64,000 bases of DNA from Paragordius varius. Its lineage: Eukaryota > Animalia > Nematomorpha. The DNA lies in NCBI GenBank assembly GCA_964247055.1, contig OZ176051.1:14384001-14448000 (forward strand). Direction: 5' to 3'. Under the pieces are notes generated by a model that ran no database searches, was not told the origin of the DNA, and was given only the letters and a program-made list of their open reading frames with translations. Shown here in pieces: positions 26,211 through 39,582 of the stretch. Position numbers and translations under genes: made by a program. Within the stretch, counting starts at the first letter, position 1; each line of letters begins with the position of its first letter.

Positions 26211-28499
26211 AAACGTTGTTTCTTAATATTTATCATTATTTAAGGGAATTTTTGATTTTCCAGTATGAACATATTCAATCAATATTTTTACAATTTATTC
26301 TAAATTATTTCCGTATATTTATTGAATGTCCTGATGATAATGGCGATATTTTTGAAAATAATATTAGTTAGGATATTAATGATTGGTTATAGACAATTTA
26401 GATCATGGGATTAAAAGGGTAAAGAATGGCGCATTTAAAATCAATTATATATTAATTCCAAGCTTTGCCATTGATAATTTTAAATATTTGCAAACTCTAT
26501 TGTTGCTATGAAATATTACAATTGTACGTTAGGTTGGTGCTTTAACGCTTCACGTTAATCCTTTAACATTTAAAGTTTAACTTTAAACATTTCAAGATTG
26601 TCCTTGATTTTGAATTCGCCCATTACTTTAATATCTGTTTACATTATTTCAAATTAATATAACCACATACAATATTCATTTATTTCAAAATTGATTAATA
26701 CTTAAGGCCTATTTAAATTATATTTAAAGTTTATTACTTACACTTTTTGAATAAGTAAAAAATACTGTTAATTGGAAAAAAATTATTTGAAGAATTGTTA
26801 TTAAATAAAAAAATTATTTAAATATAAAATTAAAAAAGAGATATATGCATTCAATATTTATCCCAAATTAAATTGTTTAGGCTCCAATTTTATGTTTTTA
26901 AAGAACAACTTGAAGTATAAAAGTATTAATAAAATTAAGAATAAAACAAACGATAAATTTGTGTAAACCTTGGATGTTAAACCAATCAATAAAAAATAAT
27001 TGAAAAACTACTCTTTTTATTATTTACATAATTTCAAAAAATAAAATAGATAAATCGTGTATCAGCATCATCAATTCACAAATATAATTCGGCTCTTGCT
27101 ATCATCGATTTGCCAAACATTCATTTCCATATACTCTTCGATAACTTCTTCAATTTGATCTTGGGTGAAACCTTTAGCCATACACTCATCCAAAGCTTGT
27201 TTATAACGAATTTGTTTTATGGGGGTGTGAGGAGCTCTACCACTTTTCTTACCTTGGTTATTGCCTTCTGATGAAGGTAACATGGAAACGATTATATCAA
27301 AAATTTGACTCTTAACCGAATGGTATCTAGAATTTAGCATGGAAAAAAAATATTAATAGCATTTATCGGATAATCAATCAGTAACTTAGAAAACGGAAAA
27401 AAATTGTACATGATCATTATTTTTAAAATAAATATGCTAATTTTTTCGGTTCCATTTTATTTTGACTATACTTAAAACCATAACTGCAATGTGTCTGTCT
27501 ACCTTAGTCAATTTAAATAAAACAGACAGCAAAATAAACAAAATTACGATTTAAAAAAAATTGTAACCATGAAAAACCGTGTTTCCGGTTTAAAGGCTGG
27601 GTTTTTTTATTTTATAGCTCCGAAAAAGTTTAAATTTCATTCCCCTAATATAATAATTCTCAATGATGATATATATATATATATATATATATAGGTATGG
27701 ATATACTTATTAGTTGTCAATGGGGCCGTATTGAGAGAATCCTTGGATTTTTCGATCAATCGTAAAGCTTCACGCACGTCTTCCTTGCAAACCGTATCCC
27801 CTAATCTAAGCCGAGCCTTTTTAACAAAATAGTATCTTAAAAGATTTACTAAAATTATTTAGAAGAAAAGTTTAATTGGCATAGTCCCGTTATTGAATTT
27901 AAATTAAGCATATTAAACAAGCATAGGAGAAAAAGAAGTTAGCTCAATCATGACACCATTTTTCTATGCGCACATCGAAAAGTCAATTAACAATAGAAAG
28001 ACACAAAATTGATATCAAACTATTAGATACATACAGCTATTTTCAACCTTTTCTACGTTGAGCATTCTTGCTAAAAAGCATGAATAAAACCTTTTCTCAC
28101 ACTTAAACAATAAATTTGATCTATTTTGTTTGACAAAAAAATACCATATGAGCCCATAAAATGAACGTATACTAAAATAATAAACAAGCTTTACCAATGC
28201 AGTAGACATTCTGAGAATGGCTAGGAGTGTTCGAGCCGATGTAAAAGTACTAGTGTCTGTATTAGCCCGCGCATGTTTTCGTAACTCAACATAGGCGTTT
28301 GTGATATATTCATTTAGGGATTCTGGTATAACAGGATCTTACTTTGACAAAGAATTATGTAGCGTCTAATTAATACGTAAGATATGTAAATAGGTGTATT
28401 ATAACCGTAAAAAAATGTAAAGACTGATGGATTTTTTATATAAATAGGGAAAACCATATTTTTGGCCTATATTTGAAATTTGATTGTTTATCTGTATAT

Positions 28500-28530
<31 letters not shown>

Positions 28531-30173
28531 ATAAACATAGTCTAAAAATATACTTAAATTAAGGAAATATTAAATTTCATTTTTTAAAAGATTATTTTCT
28601 AAAACATTTTACCAAACCTACCTAAGAACCATCAGCTATTGATACCTATAAATCTGATATTTTCCCACATATTTACGATATAAAGCATCTTTATAAAAAT
28701 GCGTTTATGGTTACACTTAAAAAATAAAATTTTCCCATATTAATTACGTTAAAATCCTAAAATTGTATGTTTTCATAATATACCTAGAAAAAAAATCAAA
28801 AAATTAATTTATTTGAGTAATATAACACTGTGCGCAATATATGTGATAAAATTTTAAGAGAACAAAAACTTTAAACCTTACAAAAAATATAAATACATAT
28901 TCATTTTATAAGGGAAATGTTCGCTAAATTAATTATTGTTTTGACATACTATATGTCCATTTCCTGCTGTATTGATCAGCCAAGTTAAAACTTTATTAAT
29001 GTTTTTAGCGATATAAATATGGATAACAGAAGCAAAAGTTTTCATGACTATTTTTTTAACATTCATATGGATGTAAGTTATCTGCTAAATTTTTGGTGGT
29101 ATCTTTGTAGAACACAATATTTAGTATGAAACGCTGGCAAAACTTTTTTTGCTTTTAATTTTTTAACTTGTAAAATTAATTACATAATTTAGATTAGTAT
29201 ACCGAATAAAATTCATATCCATCGGTTTAAATAATAATTCAGGTTGCGCTGTGTGCTGATGAACGTGTGTTATGTGATGGGCCAATCTAAATGCAATAAC
29301 GCAAAGGTTTGTATTGAAAAAACCCAAAATAAAAAACATAAAAAATAATGCCTATAGTTAAATAGCAAAAAATGTTTGTGTCTTAATTAATATATATATA
29401 TATAGTACCCATGTTAGTCAATTACTAGTTTGGCCGTGGTAATACAGTAGGATATGGGAAAAATCAACAAATAATCGAGATTTTGTTATTCTATATTTTT
29501 AATTATTATATGTTACTCTGTTACCAGTTTGCCAAAAAATTGATTACAAAAAAGGTACTGATATAATACAAACTATAACGAAATAAAGTATATAAACAAT
29601 GACCAAACAATGTAAATCTGAATCATTTGTTAAATAAATCCATATATATGTACTATTGTGGTATAGCTTGGGTATATAATTAAATATATATTGCGTATAC
29701 TATGAAGGTGATTTGTAAAAACATAGCTATGCCTTAAGTTAAACTAGTTTCTAAAAAACTGAGAATCTCATAATAAAATCTATATTTTTTTGCTCACGAG
29801 TACAAAAAAGAGCGTGTTTTTTCCAAAATTAAACATTATATTTTTTATGTACTTTAAATCCGCATATTTTCAGCTAAATCACGAATTAACCAAAGAATAT
29901 CGAAACGAGATAATAGGGCAGCTGGGAGTTGAATATTATGTGTTATAGATTTCCTTGGGTTATACCTTCCATACAAGGGATTCGCTGCAGCAAGAATGGA
30001 CGTACGTGCATTCAACGTTTATACCCGCCTACATTAATTGAAAGTGATTGTCGTTAATCAAAAAAAAGTTTTAAAATAGGTAGTTTTTGCAGTGTTTTCA
30101 TAATAAATGTTTTTTCTCTCAAACTGTCCCTAAAAAAAGATAAATTTTGGAACTGAAAATTTAATATAGCATA

Positions 30174-30244
<71 letters not shown>

Positions 30245-30292
30245 AAATTGCAGTTTACATTTTTCATTCGCACGCACATGTATATTTAAAGA

Positions 30293-30510
30293 CAGTGGTA
30301 CTTACCAAAAAAATTACTAAGGGCCGCAAAAAATATTTTTTTTATCTGAAGGGCCGTGTACCATATAATAACAAAAAATTTATAGATGTTAACACATTTC
30401 TAGATGTTTTCACTCATAAATACATTAAAAAATTTTAAATAATTCAAGGGCATAAAAAGCACCTTTGGAAGACGGTATGGGGCCCGTGGGCCCCTGTTTA
30501 AATACCTCTG
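30293..30510 (+). mobile_element. 218-bp hAT/Buster MITE related to the 9662-12122 element, in an MCM7 intron
   Basis: Ends CAGTGGTACTTA...TAAATACCTCTG with subterminal GGGCCGC and GGCCCGTGGGCCCC motifs as in the parent element. 8-bp flanks only partly match (TTTAAAGA / AATAAAGG). Confidence 0.75.
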
Positions 30511-30544
30511 AATAAAGGTTTGTCCATTTAAGCGAAACATTTTC

Positions 30545-31021
30545 TAAACCCCACCAAAAAGACTTGATTATAAAACCCTTAGATAAAAAAGAACACCTTT
30601 GAAATTTATATACGCATATTCCGATAAAAGAGTGACTAAAACAAATCCATTTTCCCTTAAAAACTCAAAACGCGTAGAAAACATTGGTTAACGTTCCAAT
30701 GTATCAAAACAAAATTTAAAATTCATTCAAGCGCAATAATTTTATTTCAAAACATTGTTGTACCCATATAACTTTTCCTAAAACACCCACCCAAAAAATT
30801 TCTGATTATAAACCCCTTACAGATAAAAAAGAACACCTTTGTAATTCATATGCGCATATTCCGATAAAAGAGTGACTAAAACAAATCCATTTTCGCTAAA
30901 AAACTCGAAACGCGTAAAACATCAGTCAGCGCATGGGATCAAAACAAATAGTCATTAAATTAAAAATTCGTTCAAGCACAATAATTTTGACTTCAAACAT
31001 TGTTGCACATATAATTTCCCC
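30545..31021 (+). repeat. Tandem dimer of ~237 bp in an MCM7 intron
   Basis: GATAAAAAAGAACACCTTTG...GCATATTCCGATAAAAGAGTGACTAAAACAAATCCATTTTC occurs twice, about 237 bp apart. Confidence 0.88.
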
Positions 31022-31052
31022 CCTGAGAATAAAACTCCATTCCATTCAATCA

Positions 31053-31295
<243 letters not shown>

Positions 31296-31557
31296 TTAGA
31301 TTGCAATTATTATTGTAATTACAGCAATAATGAAATTTATTTAAAAACATGAATTTTTTATTACTACAAATAATCTTTGTCAAATGTAAATATAATACAA
31401 ATATATCCATTTTGACTTAATAAAAATTGATTAATGATAACCCGACGGCAGAAGAACGATGGCCTGTTGAAATGAAAACAGTTTAATATCTTAATTACAT
31501 TAGCGTAAAAAATTAATGTGATAACTCGACGTTGTGTACTGACCTAAATAAAAACCC

Positions 31558-32375
31558 AACCAAAAATATTGTTTTTATTTTTGCATTTTTTGTCATCTGG
31601 TTTATGAGTGTATAAAATTTTTTATACTGTTTTATTTTGGATCACATGATTAAAAATTATTAAGTATATTATTTGTGCAAATAGGATTGAAAAATTAGTG
31701 GAATATCAACCAACAATCCGTACAAATCCCAATACAAATATTAATTTGTCATAAAACAGACTTGTTACAGGAAATTATAAGGAATGTTGCTTGATATTCC
31801 ACTACTTTTAATCCTATTTTGCATAAATTATATAATTAATAAGTCCTAATCATGTAAAAATCCAAAATAAAACAGTATAAATTTTTTATATACTCATAAA
31901 CCAAATGAAAAAAATGCAAAAATACAATATTTTTGGTTTTATTTTAATATAAAAGTTATTTTACTGAATAAAATATGAATGTTAAGATTTTAATAGGTTT
32001 AGGTAGTAAATTAAAAAAAATTATTTTAATATAGTTTCATTAAATTTATTTTGTCTTTTAAGTATGATATAAGAAAAACGCCATCTTTTGACCTGAAATT
32101 TTATAAAACTATATGATTTTAGGCTCTTTATATATTGAAAATATCTCCTAAAATGATAATAAACCATAATATTTCGAATTTTAATATTATTTTTTGAATT
32201 ATCCTTAATTATCCTTAATTTTCACTTTTTGCCCGATTTCAATTTTCTCTCAATATTTCAAAAACCAGGTTGTCAACAAATAAAAATTTTTGCGGCAAAT
32301 GAATACGGTCATAAGCTATCTCATTAAAAAAATTTTTTCGTTAAATCAAAATGACCCTCTTTTTTGCACACAGTG
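31558..32375 (-). mobile_element. Non-autonomous CACTG-terminus (Chapaev3-like) MITE fused tail-to-tail with a partial inverted copy
   Basis: The 32375 end reads CACTGTGTGCAAAAAAGAGGG on the minus strand, as at 39583 on plus. 31558-31719 and 31781-31938 form an inverted repeat. Confidence 0.65.
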
Positions 32376-32439
32376 TATATATATATATATATTTTAACCA
32401 TATTATTATCCACCTTTTGCTTTTCTCCGCTTTTCTACT

Positions 32440-33260
32440 ACTAAACCCTTTTCTGACCATTTATAATATTTCATCTTTAGGCACATTTTCATTTGCCACT
32501 TCATTAATTTCATTTTTTATCGTTCCCCATAGTTGTTTGGAGCTACAATTATTGATCTATCTAATCTATCTTTTGTTTGCAGCTCTTGCTAATTCTTGTA
32601 TCGAGTATAGAGATTTTCCATTTTTGTGGACATATTATATAGTCGATTATATATTTATATATGCCGGATGGAAAGGTCCATGTGAGTATAGCCCCCTATT
32701 GTGTTGTAGAAATTATGTGTTAGCTATCATGATCTCGCTTTCCTGTCAAAAATTGAGCAATGCCTCCCCAGCCTCGTTTCGTTCTCCCAATCTATATGGT
32801 CCGACTATTTTATCTACTCTACCTCTACCATATGATAATCATATATCTATTTTTCGTGTCATCCAAAACTATTTACAGCTTTGCAAATTATTGTGTCTTC
32901 TTTAGGAGCATTTGACGTAAGAGGATAGACTTCTATGTACGTATTAAGTGGCTTAGTATTCAACCTAATACTCATGGTTCTGGGTGTATATGGTGTATAA
33001 CTAAAGAGACTTTTACTCGATTCGTTTATATTTAATACTGCTTCGCTATTCTTGGTCATCTCTCCCCGATTTTAACAAGGTATATTTTTTGTCTTTTGCT
33101 TTCCCGCTACCTTAGTATACGTTTAATCCAGTATTTCTAAGTTCAGTTTTTCCGTTTTTCTTCATTTATAACCTGTTTGGTTTCTGTTAATGAAGGCATA
33201 TTCCAGCACCCAATTTTAAACGGTTAATTGCATATCATAACAATTTTTGGCAATAAAAAC
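32440..33260 (-). mobile_element. Degenerate RTE/BovB-like AP-endonuclease fragment
   Basis: Minus strand reads VGPYRLGERNEAGEALLNF*QESEIMIANT*FLQH.R...TF...IDYIICPQKWK, matching the RTE endonuclease motif GLGERNEAG..L..FC.EN.L.IANT.FQQH.RR.YTW. Boundaries approximate. Confidence 0.75.
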
Positions 33261-33599
33261 TCGCGAGTGGTTTGCCATTCCTTTTCCTCTGAACTACCCG
33301 TTTTACAAAAAAGTATGTAGCTAGGATAGTAAAAAAATAATATATATAAGAATTAATTTTTTTTTCAATTTTTCATGCATTATGGAATATTTTATTAATA
33401 TTACTCTCTTACCAAAGCATAAAATAAAAAACTAAAAAAGAAAACTACCCGCTTTACAGATAAATTAGGTAGGATAGTAAAAAATAATATATATAAAAAT
33501 GAAACTCTATAGGTGTTGTCAATTTGTGATGAATTACTAAATATTATATTAATTATTAAGAAAAAAATTTTATACAGTTTGATGCAAAAAAAATTCTAT

Positions 33600-35350
33600 C
33601 GACAATAAATATTTCCCAGTCAATTGTCACAATTTCCCAGTCAATAAAAACGGTTTTATTTTCGACGAAATATATCAAAACAAGTAATAAAATAACTTTT
33701 AACCATTGTCAGCATAATATTAATATACTATTTAAAAAATACAATTATTGAATAGCAACTTTTTCTATATATTCCACTACACACTAATTAATGACCTAAT
33801 CTTTAAAATCTATATTTTATTAACTGGATGAGCATTTTATGGTTTTTGAGATATTTAAAAATATTTAATTATTTTTTTATTTTATTGATGGGTCGCATTT
33901 ATAATCGGGGCTAACCTATAAAATATAGCTTTGAAGGAAATATTTATATACCATTTTCATCTCTAATTGGTCATGTAACACCTAAAATTGGTTTTTAAAC
34001 ATTTCATTTTATCGATCAAAATACTGTGGGGAAAAAATTCAAACAAAAAAATATGTGATTAAAAGTATTTTTGATTCAATAATATTAAATAAGATAGATA
34101 TTTCAAAAAAACGAATACATTATATAAATGGGTAAAGTTGCGAATGGTTAAAATAAAATTTGAATTAAATGACTAATTTGAGATATAAATGGCATATTTT
34201 TCAAATTTTATTTCTCATCCAAAATAGATTTTATAAGTTAGCCCTGATTATTAATGCAAACCATTAATAAAATAAAAAAATTATTAACAAGTTTTTAAAA
34301 AATACCCAAAATAAAATGCTCAACTAGTTAATGAAATAATTTTAAAGAGTAAGTCTAAAATGATTGTGTATTTTAAAATATAGGGAAAATTGTCAATAAT
34401 TGTGCTTTTATGAAAAATATTCCTAATATTACGCTGATAATGGTTAAAAAATATTTTTATATCTTGTTTTGATATTTACCATCAAAAATAACACCGTTTT
34501 ATTGACTGGGAAAACGTTTTTCCAATCAAGCGAAACATTTTCCAAAAACGGTTTTTACCAGTCAATAATAATTTTATTTTTGATGATAAATATATCAAAA
34601 GAAGATACAAAATTTATATTTTGTTTACTAGATGTATTTTATGGTTTTTAAGATATTTTGTAGAAAATATTTTATCGATGGTATCATCAATAATTGGGAT
34701 TAAATCCAAAATCCATAGTTTCTGAAATAATAAAATTTAAAAATATACCATTTCCATCCTAAATTGGTCATTTAATAAATTTTATATCTTGTTTTGATAT
34801 TTATCATCAAAAATAATAAAGCTTTTTTATGGGAAACATTTTATCGATTGGGAAAACGTTTCGATTGACTGGGAAAATGTTTTTCCAATCAATCGAAACA
34901 TTTTCCAAAAACGGTTTTAACCAGTCAATAATAATTTTATTTTTAGTGATAAATATCAAAAGAAGATATAAAATTTATATTTTATTTACTAGATGTATTT
35001 TATGGTTTTTAAGATATTTTGAAGAAAATATTTAATTATTTTTTTATTTTATCGATGGTTGCATTAATAATCGGGATTAAATTAAAAATCCATAGTTTCT
35101 GAAATAATAAAATTTTAAAAATATACCATTTCCATCCTAAATTGGTCATTTAATAAATTTTATATCTTGTTTTGATATTTATCATCAAAAGCTTTTTTAT
35201 GGGAAACATTTTATCGATTGGGAAAACGTTTCGATTGACTGGGAAAATGTTTCTATTGAAAATAAATTAAAACATTTTCCCAGTCAATAAAAACATTTTC
35301 CCAATCATTAAAAACGATTTCATTTATAATGATCAATATTAAAACAAGAT
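33600..35350. repeat. CCCAGTCAAT-family foldback repeat with ~360-375-bp tandem duplication of a hairpin unit
   Basis: TATCTTGTTTTGATATTTA.CATCAAAA recurs at ~34445, ~34785 and ~35162. Each unit contains ATTGACTGGG...CCAGTCAAT inverted arms. Confidence 0.75.
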
Positions 35351-35959
35351 ATAAAAGTAACTTTTAATAATTTAGATCAGATTAATAAGGATATTTTTGT
35401 GAAAAACTTTTGAATTACAATTTTTTTACATGCCAATACAATACACAATTATTAGTGAATTGGATAAGTACAGTAAAAATTGAAATTATACGGACAAAAC
35501 ATTAAAATATAAAGACAAATATTTTTTTCTAAAAGAGAGCCACTTTTATATCTCGAATCTTTTAATCTTAAAATAATTGTTAAAAATGCAAAGTATGGAC
35601 CAGAGATATTATATTGGTAAGACATTCAACTATATGTTTTATAAATGTAAATAAATATTTTATATAGGAAAAATTTAGATTTAAAAATATGGTTGTCTTT
35701 TAGAAAAAAATATTTGTCTTTATATTATTACGTTTTGTCCGTAATTCAGTTTTTACTGTGTATGGTTTTTCTGATACTTTTATAAAAAATATTTTTAAGA
35801 TCCATATTTTTTAACATAATCGATAGTTCGGATTAATACTCGGAGCTGACCTTAAAATATTTCTAGTTTCGGATAGAATAATAAAATTTAAAAATATACC
35901 ATTTTCCAAGCTGGGGGCTTTGGTTTTTTTAAACAAAGGAGCCAAAGTTTCATTTATTT

Positions 35960-36800
35960 ACTTTGTTGAGTGAACCATACGATTTGCAATCTTCGTTACG
36001 GTTTGCTGTTAACTGGTTAGTCATGAAATAAGGATTTTTCAATGTATATATCACTTTCTATGCAAACCATTTGTCCGGATAGGGTGCGGAATTTATTTGT
36101 TTTATGATAAAAAGCGATAAATTTTCTTAAACTTGCCTGATAAATGCAAACCATTATCGGTGTCTATCATTTTATGGTAATCGTAACGACTAACAAATTT
36201 AAAACTTTATCTGATAGAAACCGTCACAACATCTCTATTTTCACCCACATGTAATGATTTATTAGAACGACCCATAGTAAGTTGTCAATCGTCTGGCGAT
36301 ATCTAGGCGGAGTTCCCAGAAGGTGTTCCCATTCCATTGATAAGTCTATTTTTTATTTTGGCAGTGCTTATGACAATTGTGGCAACTACGCACTCAATTT
36401 TCGATATCTTAATTCAACGGCCAATAAAACCTTTATCGGCCCATTCATGACTTTTGTTCAGCTAAATAGCTAATAGGTAGGTATCTTAGATTTTAGTTTA
36501 CCCTTGTGAGCAATTATTATTCTAAATTTAGTTTTTCATCACAAAGCCTCAACGTGAAGATCAGTCCAATCGTTTAACTTTTATCGTTAGATCATTTATA
36601 CAGGTGTGATATATCCATTCTCACTTCAAAATTTTGACCAAATCACCTGAACCTTGCCATTCACTTCCTCTTCGTTTTCTAAGGTCATTGGGAAATCGCC
36701 ATTGCCTGTTTATTTAGGCCATGAACACATCCCGATGATGTGTTCGTCAAGAGGAACCGGCATAAATAGCAATTTATTAAAGCCGTAACCCCTCTTTATT
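35960..36800 (-). mobile_element. Highly decayed LTR-retrotransposon integrase fragment
   Basis: Minus-strand remnants in integrase order: SHEW, CHNCHK, WEHL, IDTDNGLHLSGKFKKI (core D motif) and HP.RTNGLH (HPQ.NG..ER-like). Many stops and frameshifts. Confidence 0.6.
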
Positions 36801-37275
36801 TAAATAAACACAAAAAACGACAGAAAAACATTTTAAAAAAAATTTTTTAGAGCGGGTTCAAACAAATTTGGAAATGGTATAATGTCATTAAATATAAAAA
36901 TAATTTCTATTAAAATATTTTCGATACCACCAGAGGCTAACTTCCTTTTCAATGATTGCAACGTTCTTAGCTTAAGGTTTTGTTTTATTAATCTTTGACC
37001 TTAATTATTTTTTAAAAAATTTATAATATTTACTTTAAAATAAACAGATTAAATTTTATATATGGCATGAGTTTAAAAGGGTCATGGATGAAAATGACTT
37101 ACATATTAAATATTACGTCAAAATGGTAAAATTTCAAACTCATCATGTGTATTATATATGTAAATTAATGTTATCTCATTATATACATCAATGACAATAT
37201 TTTACATCTAATTTGGTATAAAAAATTAACCAATAATCCCAAGTTTTAATTTCCATTTTTTAATAATTATTTATT

Positions 37276-38560
37276 ATGGCTATAAGGGGAAAGATGGTAC
37301 TACTATTTATAAATTTATGCCTCCTACTTCAGTGTTATAAATTTGAAACAACGGCATTAATTGTAAAATCATCATCATCGCATTTATTGAATTCCTTAAT
37401 CCCTAAAAGTGGTAAAAACTAAAATATTATTTTTAGAAGGCAACAACTATTCTAAGATAATTGTAAAATCTTTCGATGGTGATGAATGGAAGGCATCATT
37501 CTCTTATCCAAATAAAAAGTAAAATCATATAGCATATATAAAATATACAATTCGTCGTTTTAATTATAGACTTGTAAAAAAATATAAAACCCAATCAGCA
37601 TTTCGGTGGGGAATGAATATCTCCAAGGCTTTTTAAAAGTAAGTATTCACACAAGGCGGCAGGCTAAAAAAGGAAAAATCTTGTTTAAGATTGTGACGTA
37701 AAATATTGAAAGCTAAAAATATTATTTTGTGACTTACTCTTTAATGAAGTATGCGATTAAGAATGCCCATTTACAGACAAACCTTTGTTCAAATGGGGTA
37801 ACATATGCAGTATAAACAAAACATGAAAAAAGAAATAATTAGTATATATTTTTTATAAATAAAATATTTAATCATTAATTATTAAATGTATATGTTTACT
37901 GTCAAATATAAATTGATTGTTATTAATTAAATATTTATTTGGCAAAATAAAACGATGGATGATTATATTTAATTAAAGTTTCAAAAATAAGGGTTCCTTT
38001 ATATAAAAAATATTTGTGCACTATTTCTATATTTTAATAAGTTTTTCCTGCATAAAATTTGTGATATGTAAAAAATTGTTAGACACGACGCTCACAGTTA
38101 TGGTGTAAATCATGGTTATGAATATGAATCAAAATACAATCATCAGCACAACAACAAATCCGATTGGGATCGAAAACCGTCAGAAAAAGCACAAAAAGTA
38201 ACGATAGAAGTCCATAATTCTTGGAATCAAAAATCTAAGCCAACAAAAGAGAATATTAAGCCGCGAACCTATCGGTACCATGATTGGAAGGAGCGAAATG
38301 AGAAAGCTTTTACCGAAAATAGAGTTGAAGGTAAGAGTTCGCACGAAAGTCACCATCTACATGCTGAGTTATCGTACAAGTCAGAGCTTAAAAATGCGTC
38401 CTGGAAAAAACCAACATATGATATAGTTGAAAATGATTTCAAGTTTTGGAAATACTTTTTAGACATTGATGCCACTCGTGAACCATACTTAAGTCGATTG
38501 TTAAAGTTCTACTATGATTTATATAAAGATATCAAAGACTATACTTTCGATAAAAAGTAA
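37276..38560 (+). CDS. Unknown secreted protein, three inferred exons
   Basis: Exon 1 37276-37411 (MAIRGKMVLLFINLCLLLQCYKFETTA, signal-like), exon 2 37437-37518 (EGNNYSKIIVKSFDGDEWKASFSYPNK) and exon 3 38083-38560 (~158 open codons ending TAA, His/Lys/Glu-rich). Splice phases are consistent. Not in the ORF track because exon 3 has no start codon. Confidence 0.65.
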
Positions 38561-38766
38561 TCGTTTCCTTATAAAATTAATTGATTAATAAATATACTTT
38601 TTCCTTTTGCCTTATGTGGTAGTTAAGGTGCGTTGGTAAAGTACGTTCAACTATGTTTTTTCCGTAAGAGATTTAAATATCAATAATTTATCATTTTCAG
38701 CCCTGGGCATGTGAATGCACACATGCACTTTCGTAATACAATTTAAGTCATTTTCTCTATAAAATT

Positions 38767-39027
38767 GTGGAGACTATAAAACGATATTTTTTATATGATA
38801 CTTATAGTGGAAAACCGGATTTTTGTCCACACTGGTGCCCCCCCTTCGAAATTGTGTGCCGTAATTACTTTTATGAAGTGCGATATTACCCAGAATTATT
38901 GGCTGTTTCTGCCAAATTTTCTGGCCTAGATTATGTCCGAGACTTGCATGTTACATACCAAAGACCCTTCTATAAATATTTTAAAGGAGAAAACGATCAA
39001 AGTAAGCCACCTAAAGGGTTTAAGTAA
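38767..39027 (+). CDS. Probable coding exon of an unknown Cys/Tyr-rich protein
   Basis: 86 open codons of non-low-complexity sequence (DFCPHWCPPFEIVCRNYFYEVRYYPE), less AT-rich than the flanks. A true start or acceptor could not be established. Confidence 0.4.
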   Translation: METIKRYFLYDTYSGKPDFCPHWCPPFEIVCRNYFYEVRYYPELLAVSAKFSGLDYVRDLHVTYQRPFYKYFKGENDQSKPPKGFK

Positions 39028-39537
39028 AAATGATATTTTTTTGACGCGTGAATTGCTAAAAACACGTATAAATTTATTAAAACGCTGCTGAAAACACACA
39101 AGACCTTATAGGTCCGTCCGATTGTCAATTGCTATATGATAATAGAAAATAGTTATGCTGAAATTTAAATATATACATATATATTAATTTGTTTACGCAT
39201 TTTATTTACTAACATGATTTGTTAAGTGTGTCTACATCGAATAAGATATCTGTTTCTGAAATTTACGTTTTTCGATATTAATTTTCCAAATTTTTAAGTT
39301 TATTACACAGTGTACATCAAAGAAAAAATAAATTATGAATAGTGAATTTTTTGTAAAAAGACTCATCCGTAATTAAGTACCTGTTTTCAAATGCTTTTTG
39401 TTAACCGACTTTAACGATAACCTTTCGACGTTTAAAAATTTAATCAAAGACTTATAGACTTTAAGCCTCAATTCGTATAAAGGATCGGATTTCGAGTTAT
39501 GATTGATTCCACTTTTTTCACCGAAGTCTCATTATTT

Positions 39538-39580
<43 letters not shown>

Positions 39581-39582
39581 TA

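Noticed and set aside
29250-29275. CTGATGA as a hammerhead core
   Set aside because: No downstream GAAA or stems; it is the antisense of the MCM7 exon encoding HVHQH.
31441-31463. Possible remnant of the preceding MCM7 exon (acceptor then AIVLL.VG, like ALLLLLVGG)
   Set aside because: Only ~23 nt and needs a frameshift; the expected INICLMGDPG does not follow.
32351-32905. 184-aa hydrophobic plus-strand ORF
   Set aside because: Antisense shadow of the RTE endonuclease fragment plus MITE end and TA repeat.
34469-35035. Two similar short ORFs suggesting a duplicated gene
   Set aside because: They arise from the non-coding tandem hairpin repeat.
37560-37810. Two exon-like minus-strand segments with a GTAAGT donor
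   Set aside because: One acceptor is missing, the spliced frame hits a stop, and there is no similarity to MCM7 or a known family.
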